Shown here piece after piece: positions 12,390 to 25,392 of a stretch of 64,000 bases of DNA. Numbering within the stretch: the first letter of the stretch is position 1; the number at the start of each line of letters is the position of its first letter. The notes beneath the pieces were generated by a model. The model made no database searches and had not been told where the DNA came from. It worked only from the letters and a program-made list of their open reading frames with translations. The stretch spans positions 579,528 through 643,527 of the forward strand of contig NEEC01000026.1 in NCBI GenBank assembly GCA_002189035.1, given 5' to 3'. A program made the translations under genes and the position numbers. The DNA comes from Utricularia gibba (taxonomy: Eukaryota > Plantae > Magnoliophyta).

Positions 12390-15250
12390 TCCATATGACA
12401 CCTCGCAATAGACCTAAGAAGCATAAAAAAAGGCCACCTTATGAAAAACAATCGCCTCATAGGAAATAGAACAAAACTGGAACAAGACAATGACAATTTT
12501 GTCGTGCATGCGGATATACGAGGCACAACATATGGACATGTGAGCTGAACTTCAAAAAAAGTTAGTTTGCTATATTGGATCATAGTTTTGTTTCATATGG
12601 TGTGGTATTATTTGTTATCAAAGTATATTATTTCCTCATTATGGGAAGAAGAAGGTTGTGAAAAAATGAAGGAAATGAGCAAGGAACACAAGAGTCATCC
12701 AAGGAAACAGAGTCAAAGGTCACCTCTAATGAACTCAAAAAACCAATTACATCAAAGGGAAACAAAGACATGCCAAATAAAGACAAAAAGGTATAATTTT
12801 TTCGTAGTTCTTTCATCCTTAAGCTCATGTGTTCAATTAATCCAAATCAGGATCCACAAGTGAAACAAGAAAAGACTTTGAGCATGGAGCCCCTACGATG
12901 GTGGGACAGTAGTTTGCCAATTGCCAAAACATCATTCTTTCATCTGATATTCCACTATTGTGAACAACTATGGTGGATCAAACCAAAAGATGAAGGATAA
13001 CAAGAAGAAGAAGTGTCTTCCTGGGTTTCGTAAGTATGGTACCCTTATTGAGTTTGATTTTACAAAAGTGCTACGTCATATTAGAGGTGAGATTCCACAA
13101 GAGCGGCTGGACATTTCTAATTTCATTGATCCTTTATATTTTAATGAGAGGGTTGGTAATGAGGGAGAGAGTTCATAGAAGATTCCCCATGAACCAGCCT
13201 TCCTCAGTTGCTTATACGTGGTGTGGCCTAATATTTATCGATAAGGTGAACTTCGTTTTATATTTGAATATTACATACAATGTGTTTAACCATTTATGTT
13301 CTACAACTAAAGGTCATTGGCTGATGATGATATGCTACAACTTTGGAGTCACACACAATAGAATGATCACTATCTTACATTCTTTGAGAGCAGGAGATGC
13401 ACGATATCTAGCGAAGTAAGATTTGTATCGGTACTACAAACTATTATACTACATGTTGCGTGTCGTTTTTTCAACAAATTTTAATTTATTAAAATGTAAA
13501 ACACAAAAGAACGTTGTACGAGTGTTGATCTCAGGGAGTTGAGTTTTGCAAAAAGTGTTTTGTGATAGACTTTTACAAATTGTCACGGGTTAGTTAAAGA
13601 GGGTTTTTGAAGTACAAAAATAAAAGATGCAACGCAAGTAATGGACCTTGACTAAGGGTTGTTGTTCCTGGAATTGAATTCCGTTTCCTTCTTTTGTCTA
13701 TCATCACCTCCGCTTTCACTGATTCCTTCTGAATAACTAGTTATTGGAGCAAGGAATAGCCGACTCTCCCTTACACTCTAATTGACAAGGAGGCACAGAA
13801 ATAGCCTCATTTAATTCCTCTTTGGACGATTGAAAAGACAAGAGGATTGTCGTTGAATGCCTTTAAAACTGAATTTTGCGTGTGTACCCAGTTGTTACCA
13901 ATGACCAATGGTAGGTACGAGGTCACTACCTATCCATTGTTACGGTACCTCGATCACAAACAATGCGCTACTTCACTCGAACCAGTAGAGTTGGAGATTG
14001 TGCTCTTCACCTTGCTTTTTATCAAAATCCACGAGGAGTAGCCTACTACTCATAGACCATGACTACGAATCGCTACATAAAGACTGCAACAAGACGCATG
14101 GAAGTATGCAAAATCCAGAATGAATTCAGTAAAAAATTGAGATTAATGCTCACAACTTGGAAGGAAACTTCATCTACTCCTAGAAACTAAAAGAGTTTAG
14201 CCAAAAATGTCAATGAAAGCAAAAAATGAAATGGAAAGCTAAAGTGTTCTTCCTCCCTTAGAGGAGAGGAAGAACCAAAAGTTTTAAGTGCAAAAAGTAA
14301 GTGTCAAAAGTCCGAAAGAGATTGTTTCAAGTTGGTTTTAATTCAATCTCCACGTGCATGAACTTCTTCTACTCCATTCCATCATTTTTGTTGTCTTGCG
14401 TATGCCAACAACTTTTCCATGCATGCAAGTAAACGTCTAATCATTGTTACAGACTCTGACATACCGTAAGTCAGGGATCCTGACTAGTGTCAGTCTTCTG
14501 CCCACAATTGACCAAAGTTGCGTGCAAGGCACGAAACGTCAGAGTTTGGTCTCTTGCAACACTTCAAACCTGCCTCCTGACATTTTGGATGAAAGTATAC
14601 GAAAAAAAATAACAAAATATGTACAAAATTCAAAAATAGAGATTTTTTAATAAAATCTAATACTTAACAATATAACTCTTAATTTGGACGACTTAGTACT
14701 AAATTAACACATAATAATACATAGTAATAACTAGAAAATGACACTTAACACTACATCAATAAAAGAGCTATGACTAATTCACTATTTCACCTATGTAGGT
14801 GTTTGAAATACATGTTACGGTATGCGCACCTTTTGATGTTAACAAGTTGGCTTCAATGCCTATTCACTTTCTTGAGATACACGCAATGCAACCCCAATAG
14901 ATAGCATAGCATAGACAAGTTATTCTTTTTATAATTTTCACCACAAATTAGATCAACTAAGTGCAGGTTATATGTTTTATATTTGATGAGGTTCCTCATG
15001 CGGAATGCACTGCCAGTTTTCTTTCCTTCTGAATATTCATCATCTGTAAGCCTTTGATCATTCAAAAATGTGGAATACAATAGGTGGAACATTATTAACT
15101 TTGGTCGTTTTGTAGCTTATGATAAGTTGATACATGAGTTACGATGTATTACAGTTCTCTCTAACATGTGGATGGTCAAATGTTACGATGGGTGGACATC
15201 GGTGATTCCCTTGAAATCGGATAAGTATAGCATGAGAGGACAAACCGGTT
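12390..15250 (+). mobile_element. Mutator-like remnant with zinc knuckle and Ulp1-like protease fragments
   Basis: RPKKHKKRP...FCRACGYTRHNIWTC (about 12410-12545). DKVNFVLYLN...GHWLMMICY (ORF 13036-13419) resembles Peptidase_C48. Interrupted by a solo LTR. Confidence 0.6.
13454..14750 (-). mobile_element. Solo LTR (Athila-like)
   Basis: Termini TGTTGCGTGTC / GACACTTAACA (9 of 11 inverted). Perfect 5-bp TSD CTACA at 13449-13453 and 14751-14755. Confidence 0.9.
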
Positions 15251-17520
15251 AGTTGGATGTCAGTGATTCTCAAATTTCATTAGCTATATAGTTGTTTCTT
15301 TTGGTTGGTATGCCTCTAATATGATATTTAAACATTTTGATGATTCCTTAAAAATGTTTAAATATCTAATATTTAATTTTCATTGTGCCCAATCAATAGA
15401 AACATGCTCCCAATATGGCCATGAATAAAGGGCATTAGTATACATATATAAATTCCATCATATTGAAAATAGTGATAATAATAGCAATAACAATATATGT
15501 ATAACAATAATAATGACAACAGCAACAACAATAATAATAATAATAAAATAATAATAATGTATTTATAATTAAAAATGAATATGGTATATGGAAAGATTCT
15601 ATTTAATAGAGTTAGTTTGAGTTTGCCCAATTATGTGACAAGTATGAATACAATACAATAATTAAGTCACATAATGAAATAAATAAAAATTGAGAGTTCA
15701 ACTAAGTACACGTTTTACTTCATATAAAGATTTAATTAGAAATTTACTTGAATCTAAAATTAATAAGTTAAAGAAAATGAATAAGAAAAAGACACATATA
15801 TATTTTTTCTAACAATTTTTAATATATTAACTATTTTTAATATATTTTGTCCAAAATCACAATTTTCAATAAATGTGTGTATTAAAAAGTATGCATAAAA
15901 AAAGTTTGTATTGTTTTTCAATATTTTTAAATAATGTATATACCTATACATTATTTTAAAAACGTTGATGTTTAAAAAATAATATAATATTAAATGTTCA
16001 TGCTAAAATGATATATTTTGAAACATTTATATTGAATTTGAATAAAAAATTAAAACATTTGTACTATAACTTTGAGAAACATATGAGTCTAATCATAACC
16101 GATTTTTAAAATTTTTGTATTGAAACATATTTTTTCCCTACCCACATTTACTAACACCACTAAAATGCAATAACGGCTATATAACACCACTAATTCCCTG
16201 AAATAATTGGATGGCATTTGGATGTCCTGTTGTTAAACGATGGGATCTCACTATTTCTGACCGTGTTGATAAATAGCCTTCTATGAAATATGATTGTGCA
16301 AAGTGGCCCTATTCTATAAATCTTTGCAGAATAATTATACTCTTTAAAAAATAATTATTTTGTATTCAATTTATATTTAAAATTACAATTTAATATTATT
16401 TTCATATAATTAATATTGCTTACATATAAATTTAAAATTCAGTTTAATACATTATAGATAAAATGTTATTCTAATTATAAATATATTGACTTTTTGTGAA
16501 TATTGAATATTTTTATTATATAAATATGATATTATATAATATTTAAAAAAGTAAAAGTTATAAAATAATAATCAATTTTCTAAAAAGCTCCATTATTTCC
16601 GTTACAGTTTTGGGAAAGTGAATGAATCGATGGTGGAGAAGGGAGAAATGGTGGAGATGAAGCGGGCACACCATGTGGCGTGGCATGCTGAGTCTCCATT
16701 ATGCTCTATTTTAGCAGCAGAGTGGAAGCATGACTGAACGAAGACACGACTCTAATCGCCCCCATTTATCCAAAAATAATAGTTAGTTTTTTCTGTTTTT
16801 AAAGCTTAGTTATGAGTTCTGACAGCATTCCTTTTGAGCATTCCCAATTCCGTTTTTTTCTTGCGGAGCATTTGCTGTCAGCATTTTTGCAAATCACAAC
16901 GAATAGAACAAGCAGTATTGCAGCCATTCTGCAATACACGCAACCCAATCCATCAGCATTTTGTCAACCTTAGTTTACGGTTCAACAAAAAATGGGTGAT
17001 CTGCGTTATTCGTGTGTATTTTGGCCTGGGGAGCCTTGGTCTGTGTCACCGAAGTAGCCGTCCATGTTTCGTTTTGGGCTGGTGGTCCACCTCGCCCACT
17101 CTCTCCAGCAGGGTTAGTGCTCGGCGTTCACACACCATATACGGAAAAAGTAAACAGGCTCCTGATCCCACAACACGGACCGGACCGAGTTGAGTAACCA
17201 GAGTTGGAATTGTTTTTCAAACTTGGACGTGGTCGTCCAAGGCAATCATATCTATACATCTACCCAGTTTCCATCTTAATCGGCGTTGAGTCTCAATTAT
17301 TCAACGCGGGTATTGATCTTGACAAATGTATTAGTGTGTGTTTACTTGGATACAACGAGCAGAGAATGCAATTGTTTACTTTGATACGATCGCTATGACA
17401 CTCAAACCGAGATAGATAGGTATTGTGCATTTGGGTGGGTTTTTGTTGTCTTTGCATTTCATTTGGGGTTTGTTTCGCATTTAATTTACGTGTCTCAGCA
17501 GGGCAGAGCTGTGGTGACCT

Positions 17521-17650
17521 CGCGTTGAAACTTTGACTTTGACCGAAAGACAAAAAAGCAAAGAAAAGCCACACCTTCCTACCGACTTCCTCCCCTCACC
17601 TTCACCGTCGGCTTCCGCTCATGACTATCATATCTATATATATACACGTC
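17521..17650 (+). promoter_or_regulatory. Stress-responsive core promoter of the CCCH gene
   Basis: CGCGTT (RSRE/CAMTA) at 17521-17526, tandem W-boxes TTGACT and TTGACC at 17533-17544, ACCGAC (DRE) at 17581, TATA-like TATATATA near 17636. 5'UTR intron 17743-17965. Confidence 0.6.
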
Positions 17651-17971
17651 TGCCTTCCTTCAACCTCAACCTGCGTCCTCATTTCAGCCTTTTTGTTGAC
17701 GCCCTTCTCTAGATTCTGACCGGAGTTCCTGTTCGCCCAACGGTAATTCCCCTCCTCCTCTTCTCTATGACATACTTGTGGGCGTCCGAGGATTTCTTCT
17801 GTTTCGGCGATCTCATCTTTGTCGCCAATGGTTACTGATTTTTTTTTTCGGAAAAATAAAACTATACAAATTCTTTCTTTTTTGCTTCCGTTGTCGAAAA
17901 TTCCATCTTTTTCCTGTTAGCTTCTCTCGTGTGGTGCTTGATTCTTTGTCCGTCCCCTCCTCCAGGTCTCA

Positions 17972-19809
17972 ATGTGTCTAGGTCCGAAAATCAAGACCAA
18001 CACTTCCGATTTGACGATGGTGGCTGGAAATCAAGTGGAAAGGGCAGAGTTTTCTCCAAAGTCTTGCACTAAATTGCTTGAATTGGCAGCCATCGATGAT
18101 TTGTCCGCCTTCAGATATGAAATAGAGATGATGGGTTCGAATTTGGATCAAGTGGGATTTTGGTACGGAAGAAGCTTCAATTCGAGGAAGATGGGGTTTG
18201 AAGAGAGAACCCTCTCATGATTGCCTCTTTGTATGGGAGCACTTCGATTCTAAAGTATATAGTTAACTCAGGCCAGGTTAATATCAACAGAGCTTGTGGC
18301 TCAGATGGTGCCACCGCGCTTCACTGTGCTGCCGCAGGAGGCTCATGGTCGTCGTTAGAGGCTGTCAAGATTCTGATCAACGCCTCGGGTGACGTTAACG
18401 CCGTTGATATGAAAGGGAAAAGGGCAGTAGACCTGGTCGCGCCATGTGTGAAAGCTTCCAGTTCCTCCAAGAGGAAAACGTTGGAGATACTGCTAAGTGG
18501 GGTTATCACAAGCACCAGTAAACTTGAGGAGGTAGAAGAGGGGAACTCTCCTAAGGCTACAAATGAAGGGAGCGAGAAGAAGGAGTACCCTATTGATATT
18601 TCCTTGCCTGATATAAATAGTGGGATATATGGAACTGATGAATTTAGAATGTATAGTTTCAAGGTCAAGCCTTGTTCCAGAGCATATTCTCATGATTGGA
18701 CTGAGTGCCCTTTTGTCCACCCAGGTGAGAACGCACGGCGCCGCGATCTGACCAAGTATAACTACACCTGTGTCCCTTGTCCTGAATTCAAGAAAGGAAG
18801 TTGTGCCAAGGGAGATAACTGTGAGTATGCGCATGGTGTTTTCGAATCATGGCTTCATCCAGCCCAGTATAGAACTCGTCTTTGCAAGGACGAAACCGGG
18901 TGTTCTAGGAAAGTTTGCTTCTTTGCCCACAAACGGGAAGAGCTCCGACCATTGTATGCGTGTACTGGCTCAGCCATGCCTTCTCCAAAGTCGGTTTCAA
19001 CCACGTGTGTGGACTTGACAACATTGAGCCCTATGTCTCTGGGCTCATCTTCCATCACTTGTTCGTCTCCGATGGGCGGAGGAATCTCTTGGCAGAGCAA
19101 GACCAATTTTCTGACACCCCCTACCCCTACTCTGCAGCTTCCCGGCAGCAGATTGAAATCAGGAATGAGTGCCAGAGAGATGGATGTAGACATGGAGATT
19201 TTGGGATTGGAGAAGGTTCGAATTCAACAAAGGCATCAACAGCTGGTTGAACAAATGTCGAGTTCTCCATGCACATATAGCAGCAGCAGCAGTAGATTAG
19301 GAGGAGAGATAAAGGCAACCAATCTGGATGATATGTTTGGCTCCTATGATACGTCTCTGCTCTCTCAGTTGCAATCTAGCCCCCCAGGAATGCAGATCCG
19401 GCAAAATTTGAAGCAGCTGAGAATGAGCTACCCTTCCAAAATGTCAACCTCGGGCGCTGTGGCTGCGGCAGTTTTAAACTCAAGATCATCATCTGCATTC
19501 ACGAAGCGCAGCCAAAGCTTCATCGATCGTGGGCGGTCTAGCCTATCAGGGGGTGTTCCCTCAAAACTCTCGGAATGGAGCTCCCATGATGGAAGACTCG
19601 AGTGGGGGTTCAACGGGGAGGATTTAAACATGCTGAGGAAATCTTCATCCTTTGGGAATAGGAATGGGATTGGAATCGGATCGATGCCAACTCCTCCAAA
19701 CCTGGAGGAACCGGACGTTTCTTGGGTCAATTCCCTTGTGAAGGAGGCAGAACCGCATGTTCATTGGCTGGACCAAATGTACATGGAACAGGAGCAGATG
19801 GTGGCATGA
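17972..19809 (+). CDS. SZF1/SZF2-like: Ankyrin-repeat tandem CCCH zinc-finger protein (RR-TZF), with a 1-bp frameshift at 18210-18212
   Basis: MCLGP start, LLELAAIDD, KMGFEERT[P]LMIASLYGS, ankyrin repeats, SHDWTECPFVHPGE, two CCCH fingers and a PDVSWVNSLVKE C-terminus. One C is missing relative to acc cct ctc atg. Confidence 0.92.
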
Positions 19810-20039
19810 GGCCATAACGCATTCCCTTCATTTCTTTTGTTTAATTCCACATCAAGTATATTTCTAGTTTCGATACGGACATATCGCATTAAGGCCAGGG
19901 TAAACGAAAACGGAAATACATTCCAAAGCAATCAGCCCCCCATTCTAATCATTTTCTGCATACTTGCCGGCACTTTTGAATGATATCCCAGAAATGATTA
20001 TATTGGCACAACCGTAGAAAAAGAGCATCATATCCCCCC

Positions 20040-22991
20040 TCATTGACTGCCAATGAGCCTCTCCTTTCTGTACGTCTCTAGCTGCTTCACCTTTTCCCAG
20101 TGGTCTACCTTCAAACATGTGTCACCAAAACTAGCAGACATCAAGCGGCCCATTGTGAGCCATCTGCGAGACCAAAACAACGTCATTGCAGTCGACTGTA
20201 CCACAATAACAACGATTATAATTCATGTCACAAACCGGCTAAACTCTGCGGTTCCTAGACTTCTGTCTGCTTGTCGGGCCGCAACCAAGTCATCCTCGAC
20301 CACCTGTCATGTTCAAGAGCGTTCAAGAAAAAGAGAAACAAGGGGCGAAAACCTGGATTCTCCAACCTTCTGCATCTGAGGATCAATTGTATGAGTTTCC
20401 GATTTCAAGCTGGCCAGATACCATCTCCAACCATTCAAAATCTCTTCGCTGTAACTGAAATCATCACATTCAACCGTGGATGGATGAAAAGGAAGAACCA
20501 AATCTGCCGGAAAAATCATTGATTTCCCTTCGGAAAGGATCAAAACTTGAATATCCGTTGCCATCTCCATTTTATAATACGTGAAATCATACTCAACCTG
20601 ATGATTCCAAGAGGAGTCCAAGTAAGGCAATGCAAGCTAGGTGGCAAAAGAGTTACAAGGATACCTTCTGCAATTCCGTCAAGCGTTTGAATAGTTGGGC
20701 GTTTTCAGAGACAAGGGAGTCCAGCGACCCTGTTTGCAGCGAGGTCTCATCTATGGTTAAGTGTGAGCCTTCGGCTAACTGCAGAAACCCAGGGACCAAC
20801 CTGTGGAGATAACGGGATAACTGAAGAAACTAAAATACCGAATCATATCACTACAACGAGAGAAGGAAAATAATCAACTACCTATTTGTCCTGTAATCCT
20901 TCTTTGAAGCTAGGCGAAGAGAGTTCAGATTATCTACTGTGAGAGGCACATGTCGCGTGTACGGTAGAATGCTAGTTAAGGCACGCCTTAGTTGATTTCC
21001 GAATACAGACATTCTTTCCTCATCAAAACCTATAAGATTCAAGGATAGCTTCCCTATGGGCATGGAATCTGTTCTTGAGTGAACCTGCAAGAGAATTGAT
21101 TCTTTGCTTATGTTCTCTTTGAAGGCTCCGGTAACACTACAAGTACTTTTTACCCTGGATAAAAGGTGCAACAACATGTACTCAGCAGCTAAACTGTCAT
21201 TCCCGAGAACAAATGTAAGGTGCCTTGTAAGACCTTCCCTTAGAGTTCTCTTCACATCTTGTGTTACCTGCTATATCATACATAACTTCGATAAGGATGC
21301 TTCCTAATTAAAAGAAAGTGCAACAAGATTTTCAACTGACCTCCAGTGGGCAACTCACAAGAGAGTGATTGATTGCAAATTTGCGATATGAAACACAATC
21401 AATACAAGGGACCTGCAGTGAAAACATCATGCAAGCTTGGAACCAGTCGTCTTCAAAATTTTCCAGACTAAAACAAACTCAATGTAAACAATTTCTCCAA
21501 AAGGAAACCAACTTTATAAGTTGACAAGAGTAAGAGTAACCTTGGCACGTGACCCATGAAGCAATGGATCATCGCAGAATCCGTCCATCATATCATCTTT
21601 CTCAGTTTCTTCCATGATAAGCTCGGTCTCGCGAGTGAAAATGCCAACAAACTCAAAAACGCCATTTAGCGGCAAGTCTGACTCAGGGGAGTCATATACC
21701 TGTCCTTCAAGAAAATAACTTGGCGTGATTTAACAGAGGTCCCTTCCTTATAGGATATAGTAATTGGCATATAACTGGTAGATTGACCTTGATTAGACAA
21801 GAAAATGGGGCTCCTTCATCACCAATGGCTGAATCCAACCTTGGTATGATGCGCTGAGCCATGTTATGGCCGTTTGATAGCTCGAGATGAGCATTATCTC
21901 CCCTCTGTGACACGAGAGGGGTAGTGTTAAGTTTTCAAGGCAAACCATATAAGCAGAAGAGTGCTAAAATAACGTTTCTCTCGTCAAGCACGGCGTTTGG
22001 TTTTACTCACCATCTTTTTATTGTTAAGGGTATCCACAGGAGAATAAACACCTTCCTGTCATAGACTGCTTTGTCAGTTTCAGAACAAAGTAAATTTCTA
22101 AAGCATTAGAAGCACCAGCGCGTAGCCATATACCAACATATCAACATCAGGTATGGCTGAAGGATCTTCTCTGTGGCGCTTCTCCCTTGATTGATGCATG
22201 GAATTGACATATTGACTGGTAGCAGCTTCATAAGACACTTGGACCCATGAGCTCTGCCCAGGAACCTAAGAAGCCAGAGAAAAATTACACCATATGGCCA
22301 CCAGCAGTAAGGCAGATCTAACAAAATATAGTAAACTTACAGGGACACAATAAAGCAGGCGGCGCTCCCAAATCCTGGTATCTGACATGCCATCCATTGG
22401 GCAGGTTGGATTGCCATCAAACTTATTAGTAAGCCAGTTTTCTCCATCCTTGGCAAAAATAAAGGTAAAATCCAACTTAACGATGTGGCTATGCCATGCA
22501 GCTTTCATATAGATAGCATAACAACCATCGGTAACTTTGAGGAGGTGTACGAGAGACAGACAGGTATACCTTGTAAGCACCAACATAGTATTCGCTACCC
22601 AGCATGTCTTGTACCATACCACGAAATCTAACGAGCGTTTTGGGCTTAAGCCAATTGATGGTTGATGGATTAAGTATGGGCACCTAAGACAGGTATGCTT
22701 CAATTAAATGACCAAATCATGCCATCTCAAAATTACAGAAACTAAAACCAAAGTAACCCTAAACAGAAAAGACGAGAGCAGCGGCGAAACAAAATGAAAA
22801 AAAAAAGAAAAAAAAAAACTAACATGAGAAATGCGACCATCATCAAAAAGAAACTGATGAAAAAGATCGGCAACACCCCAATCCATGCCGTCGAGCGCAG
22901 GCGACTGGTCACTCGCCGCCACAGCCTCTCGGAAAGTCGATAGAACAACTCCGAGTGGGTTGTCAACAAAATCATACCGCAAACCCACCAT
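20040..22991 (-). CDS. ETG1: Mini-chromosome maintenance complex-binding protein (MCM-BP), multi-exon, intact
   Basis: Exons include 22991-22824, 22683-22570, 22448-22341 and 22265 onward. Motifs NPLG, LVRFRGMVQDMLG, WERRLLYCVP, LGNDSLAAEYMLLHLLSR and VEYDF. All checked junctions are GT-AG and in phase. Stop at 20040-20042. Confidence 0.93.
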
Positions 22992-23074
22992 CTTCGTTCT
23001 AACTCCTAGGTCTTTTGTCGAAGAGTGTTACGCCTAATGTACCCAGTAGTGTGTCACGCCAGGAGCCTGGAAGC

Positions 23075-23106
23075 TTTCGCGCCAAATTGTTAATTATTCC
23101 CGCCAA
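23075..23106. promoter_or_regulatory. Two E2F-type sites upstream of ETG1
   Basis: TTTCGCGCCAAA at 23075-23086 and ATTCCCGCCAA at 23096-23106, about 85-115 bp upstream of the ATG. Confidence 0.75.
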
Positions 23107-23905
23107 TTTGTAGCTCAGCAAATTACGATGTCGGAACAAATTTCCTTATTTATTGAGGCCCAGACCCAGATGACAAAGACCGAAGGATATGGATTCAAGT
23201 GTGTTTCAAATTCTTTTGTATGAAAATTCATTTTTGAAAAAAAAAATTCAACTTTATGAAAAGCGTAAATAGTAGAGTATGACTTTTCGGTAATAATTGA
23301 TTTTTAAAAATGAATTTTAATATTGATTTTACAATTATTAATACCCATTTGTTATAAATAATCATAATTACTAAATACTTTCAATTTTACATCATCATTT
23401 TAATATAAATCTATTTAAATTAAATAATAATATAAAATATATCTTTTTAAATTTATATACTTATAAAATATGATTATTAGTAAATATGATTAAATATGCT
23501 ATTTAATTAAAAAAATAATTCTCATTTTTTATATTTTATAATAAATCAATTTTATAATAATTATTTTCAAATGCACATCACTTTTCATTTCTATTTGAAT
23601 TTCAATTGTATTAGAATCACCTTTGAAAAGGTTTCCCCAAACATACCATGTGACTTGATGCCCCTTCTCATGAAGGTGTTTAATTTATTATTATTATTAT
23701 TTCTTTTTATAATATGCTATATTAGGCTTAATAATTTTTAAAAATATTTCAAATTATTTGAAAAAATATTGATTATTATTTAAATGTATTGAATCGATTC
23801 ACTAATTTATTCATAGGTTGGACTTGAAACAAATTTAAATCCAATTTATACCCATAATTTTAAAATGTTATTTTACGTTGGTATGAAACCGGGGTTTTGT
23901 TGTGT

Positions 23906-24567
23906 TCAACTTTGGGAGAAGAGCCTGACGAAGAAATTGGAAGAGGTAGGCCGGGCGTTGTTCTCCGGGTCCAGGCATGCGACGTGTACGTATCTTCCAA
24001 ACTTGTCCACTTGTCTGGGCTGCCCGTCTGTATTCCTGTTGCAGACTCGGCACTTCTTGTCCACCCATCCTTCTTCCACATACTGCCCCTCCACTGCTCA
24101 ACAACAATCACACACTTGATTCATCTCAATCATGATTTTCGAATGCCTTTCATTTTAGTAGCGTAGCATACCATCAATGTATGATTTGAAAAAATCCTTG
24201 TAAGTTCCGCCGATTTTCCTCCTCAGAGCCTTGTACTGTATGCAACAAGTACTTCAGGAATCAAAATCATCGAGAAGCGTCAGGCAATAGCTAAGGGAGA
24301 CGATCTTGCCTGATCTCTGGTCATCCTTCCACCCGAACGTGTCGCCTCCCTGGCTTCTTCCAGAAGCTCGGCATCTTTATCTGATCTCACCTGCGAAAAA
24401 TCAAGCGCATCCAAGAACGATGGCTGCCTCCTCGTAGCCTCTTTGTTCTCTTCCCCAGCATCTTTTCTGCTGCAATTCACTCGCACGAGTTGTCGTGGTT
24501 TCCTGCTAAAACCATCGCCGCCAAGACCCATAGGGAAAGACAACACATCGAAACCTCTCGTGCCCAT
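23906..24567 (-). CDS. Conserved plant protein of unknown function (169 aa) with C-terminal CxxC...HxxC motif
   Basis: Exons 24567-24310, 24235-24172 and 24093-23906 total 510 nt in phase: ...RDQ|YKALRRKIGGTYKDFFKSYID|VEGQYVEEGWVDKKCRVC...YVHVACL. Intron 1 is GC-AG. Confidence 0.85.
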
Positions 24568-25392
24568 GCCTGAGCTGCCAATGGGGAGGGCGATGCATAT
24601 ACATTTATATTAAAAATAAATACATACATATAATTTCATGGCATTGGCACACTACCCCTTATCACCACAGCCTTTGCTTCTATTCGACGTGGCCTTTGGT
24701 GGTCTTTGGATGGAGTCATGGAGCTTATTGATTCCACACTCGTAACATTTTCTGTGAGCCTTTCATATCATATCCTCTGCCCTGTCCACTAACTCTACAT
24801 GGAATCTCGTATTGTAAGGAAAGATACGAAGATGGAACACCGTATACCTTACTGTAATCCACGGTTTCATTCTGCACTTTTGCCTTTTTCACAATCCTCA
24901 TGGAAACTGAAAGTGAAACAACGAACAAGTTCAGCTCTCTGCGCATGAGCAAGGGACCGGCTACACTGGTAAACCAGATATCCGCAAGGTACAAAAGTGA
25001 ACCTCAGAAAAAACACCGTCACCTCCAACAAACACCAAACCAATCTGATCTCAGGCGAGGCAATAGATCAGATGGAAGAAGCGACATTGCAGGCAGACTG
25101 TGAATTGTCAAAATGGACATCAACATAACTACAATGCACGGCAGAAACAAGATCATCACTGCTACGGATGGCCCAAAGAACTCGCCTTGAACATAACCGC
25201 AAGATAAAGATCCTTTACAAGACGGGATTAGTGATCATATTCGTCAACAGAAGGATGCGCGGATCACTAACCAAGTTTATTTCAGCTCAGCGAGTATATA
25301 GAAAGAAAAACAACTTTAACAACTTCACCCACCCACTCGAGTTCCCTCTCAAACCAGTGCGTAGCAATCCAACCGTCTTCTTGACGACAAGC

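Noticed and set aside
15373-15630. 85-aa Leu/Tyr-rich ORF resembling a membrane protein
   Set aside because: It arises from an AAT/AAC-rich simple repeat.
18321-19730. Several 60-115 aa antisense and alternate-frame ORFs over the CCCH gene (similar ones over CIPK and GES)
   Set aside because: These are shadow ORFs of GC-richer coding sequence with no independent motifs.
23190-23650. Possible Tourist-like MITE (right end ccaaacatacc)
   Set aside because: No convincing left TIR or TSD was found, so it may be AT-rich background.
24725-24994. ORF as an alternative MnSOD last exon
   Set aside because: It has no YKNxRPDY or INW similarity, and the true exon remnant is at 25393-25455.
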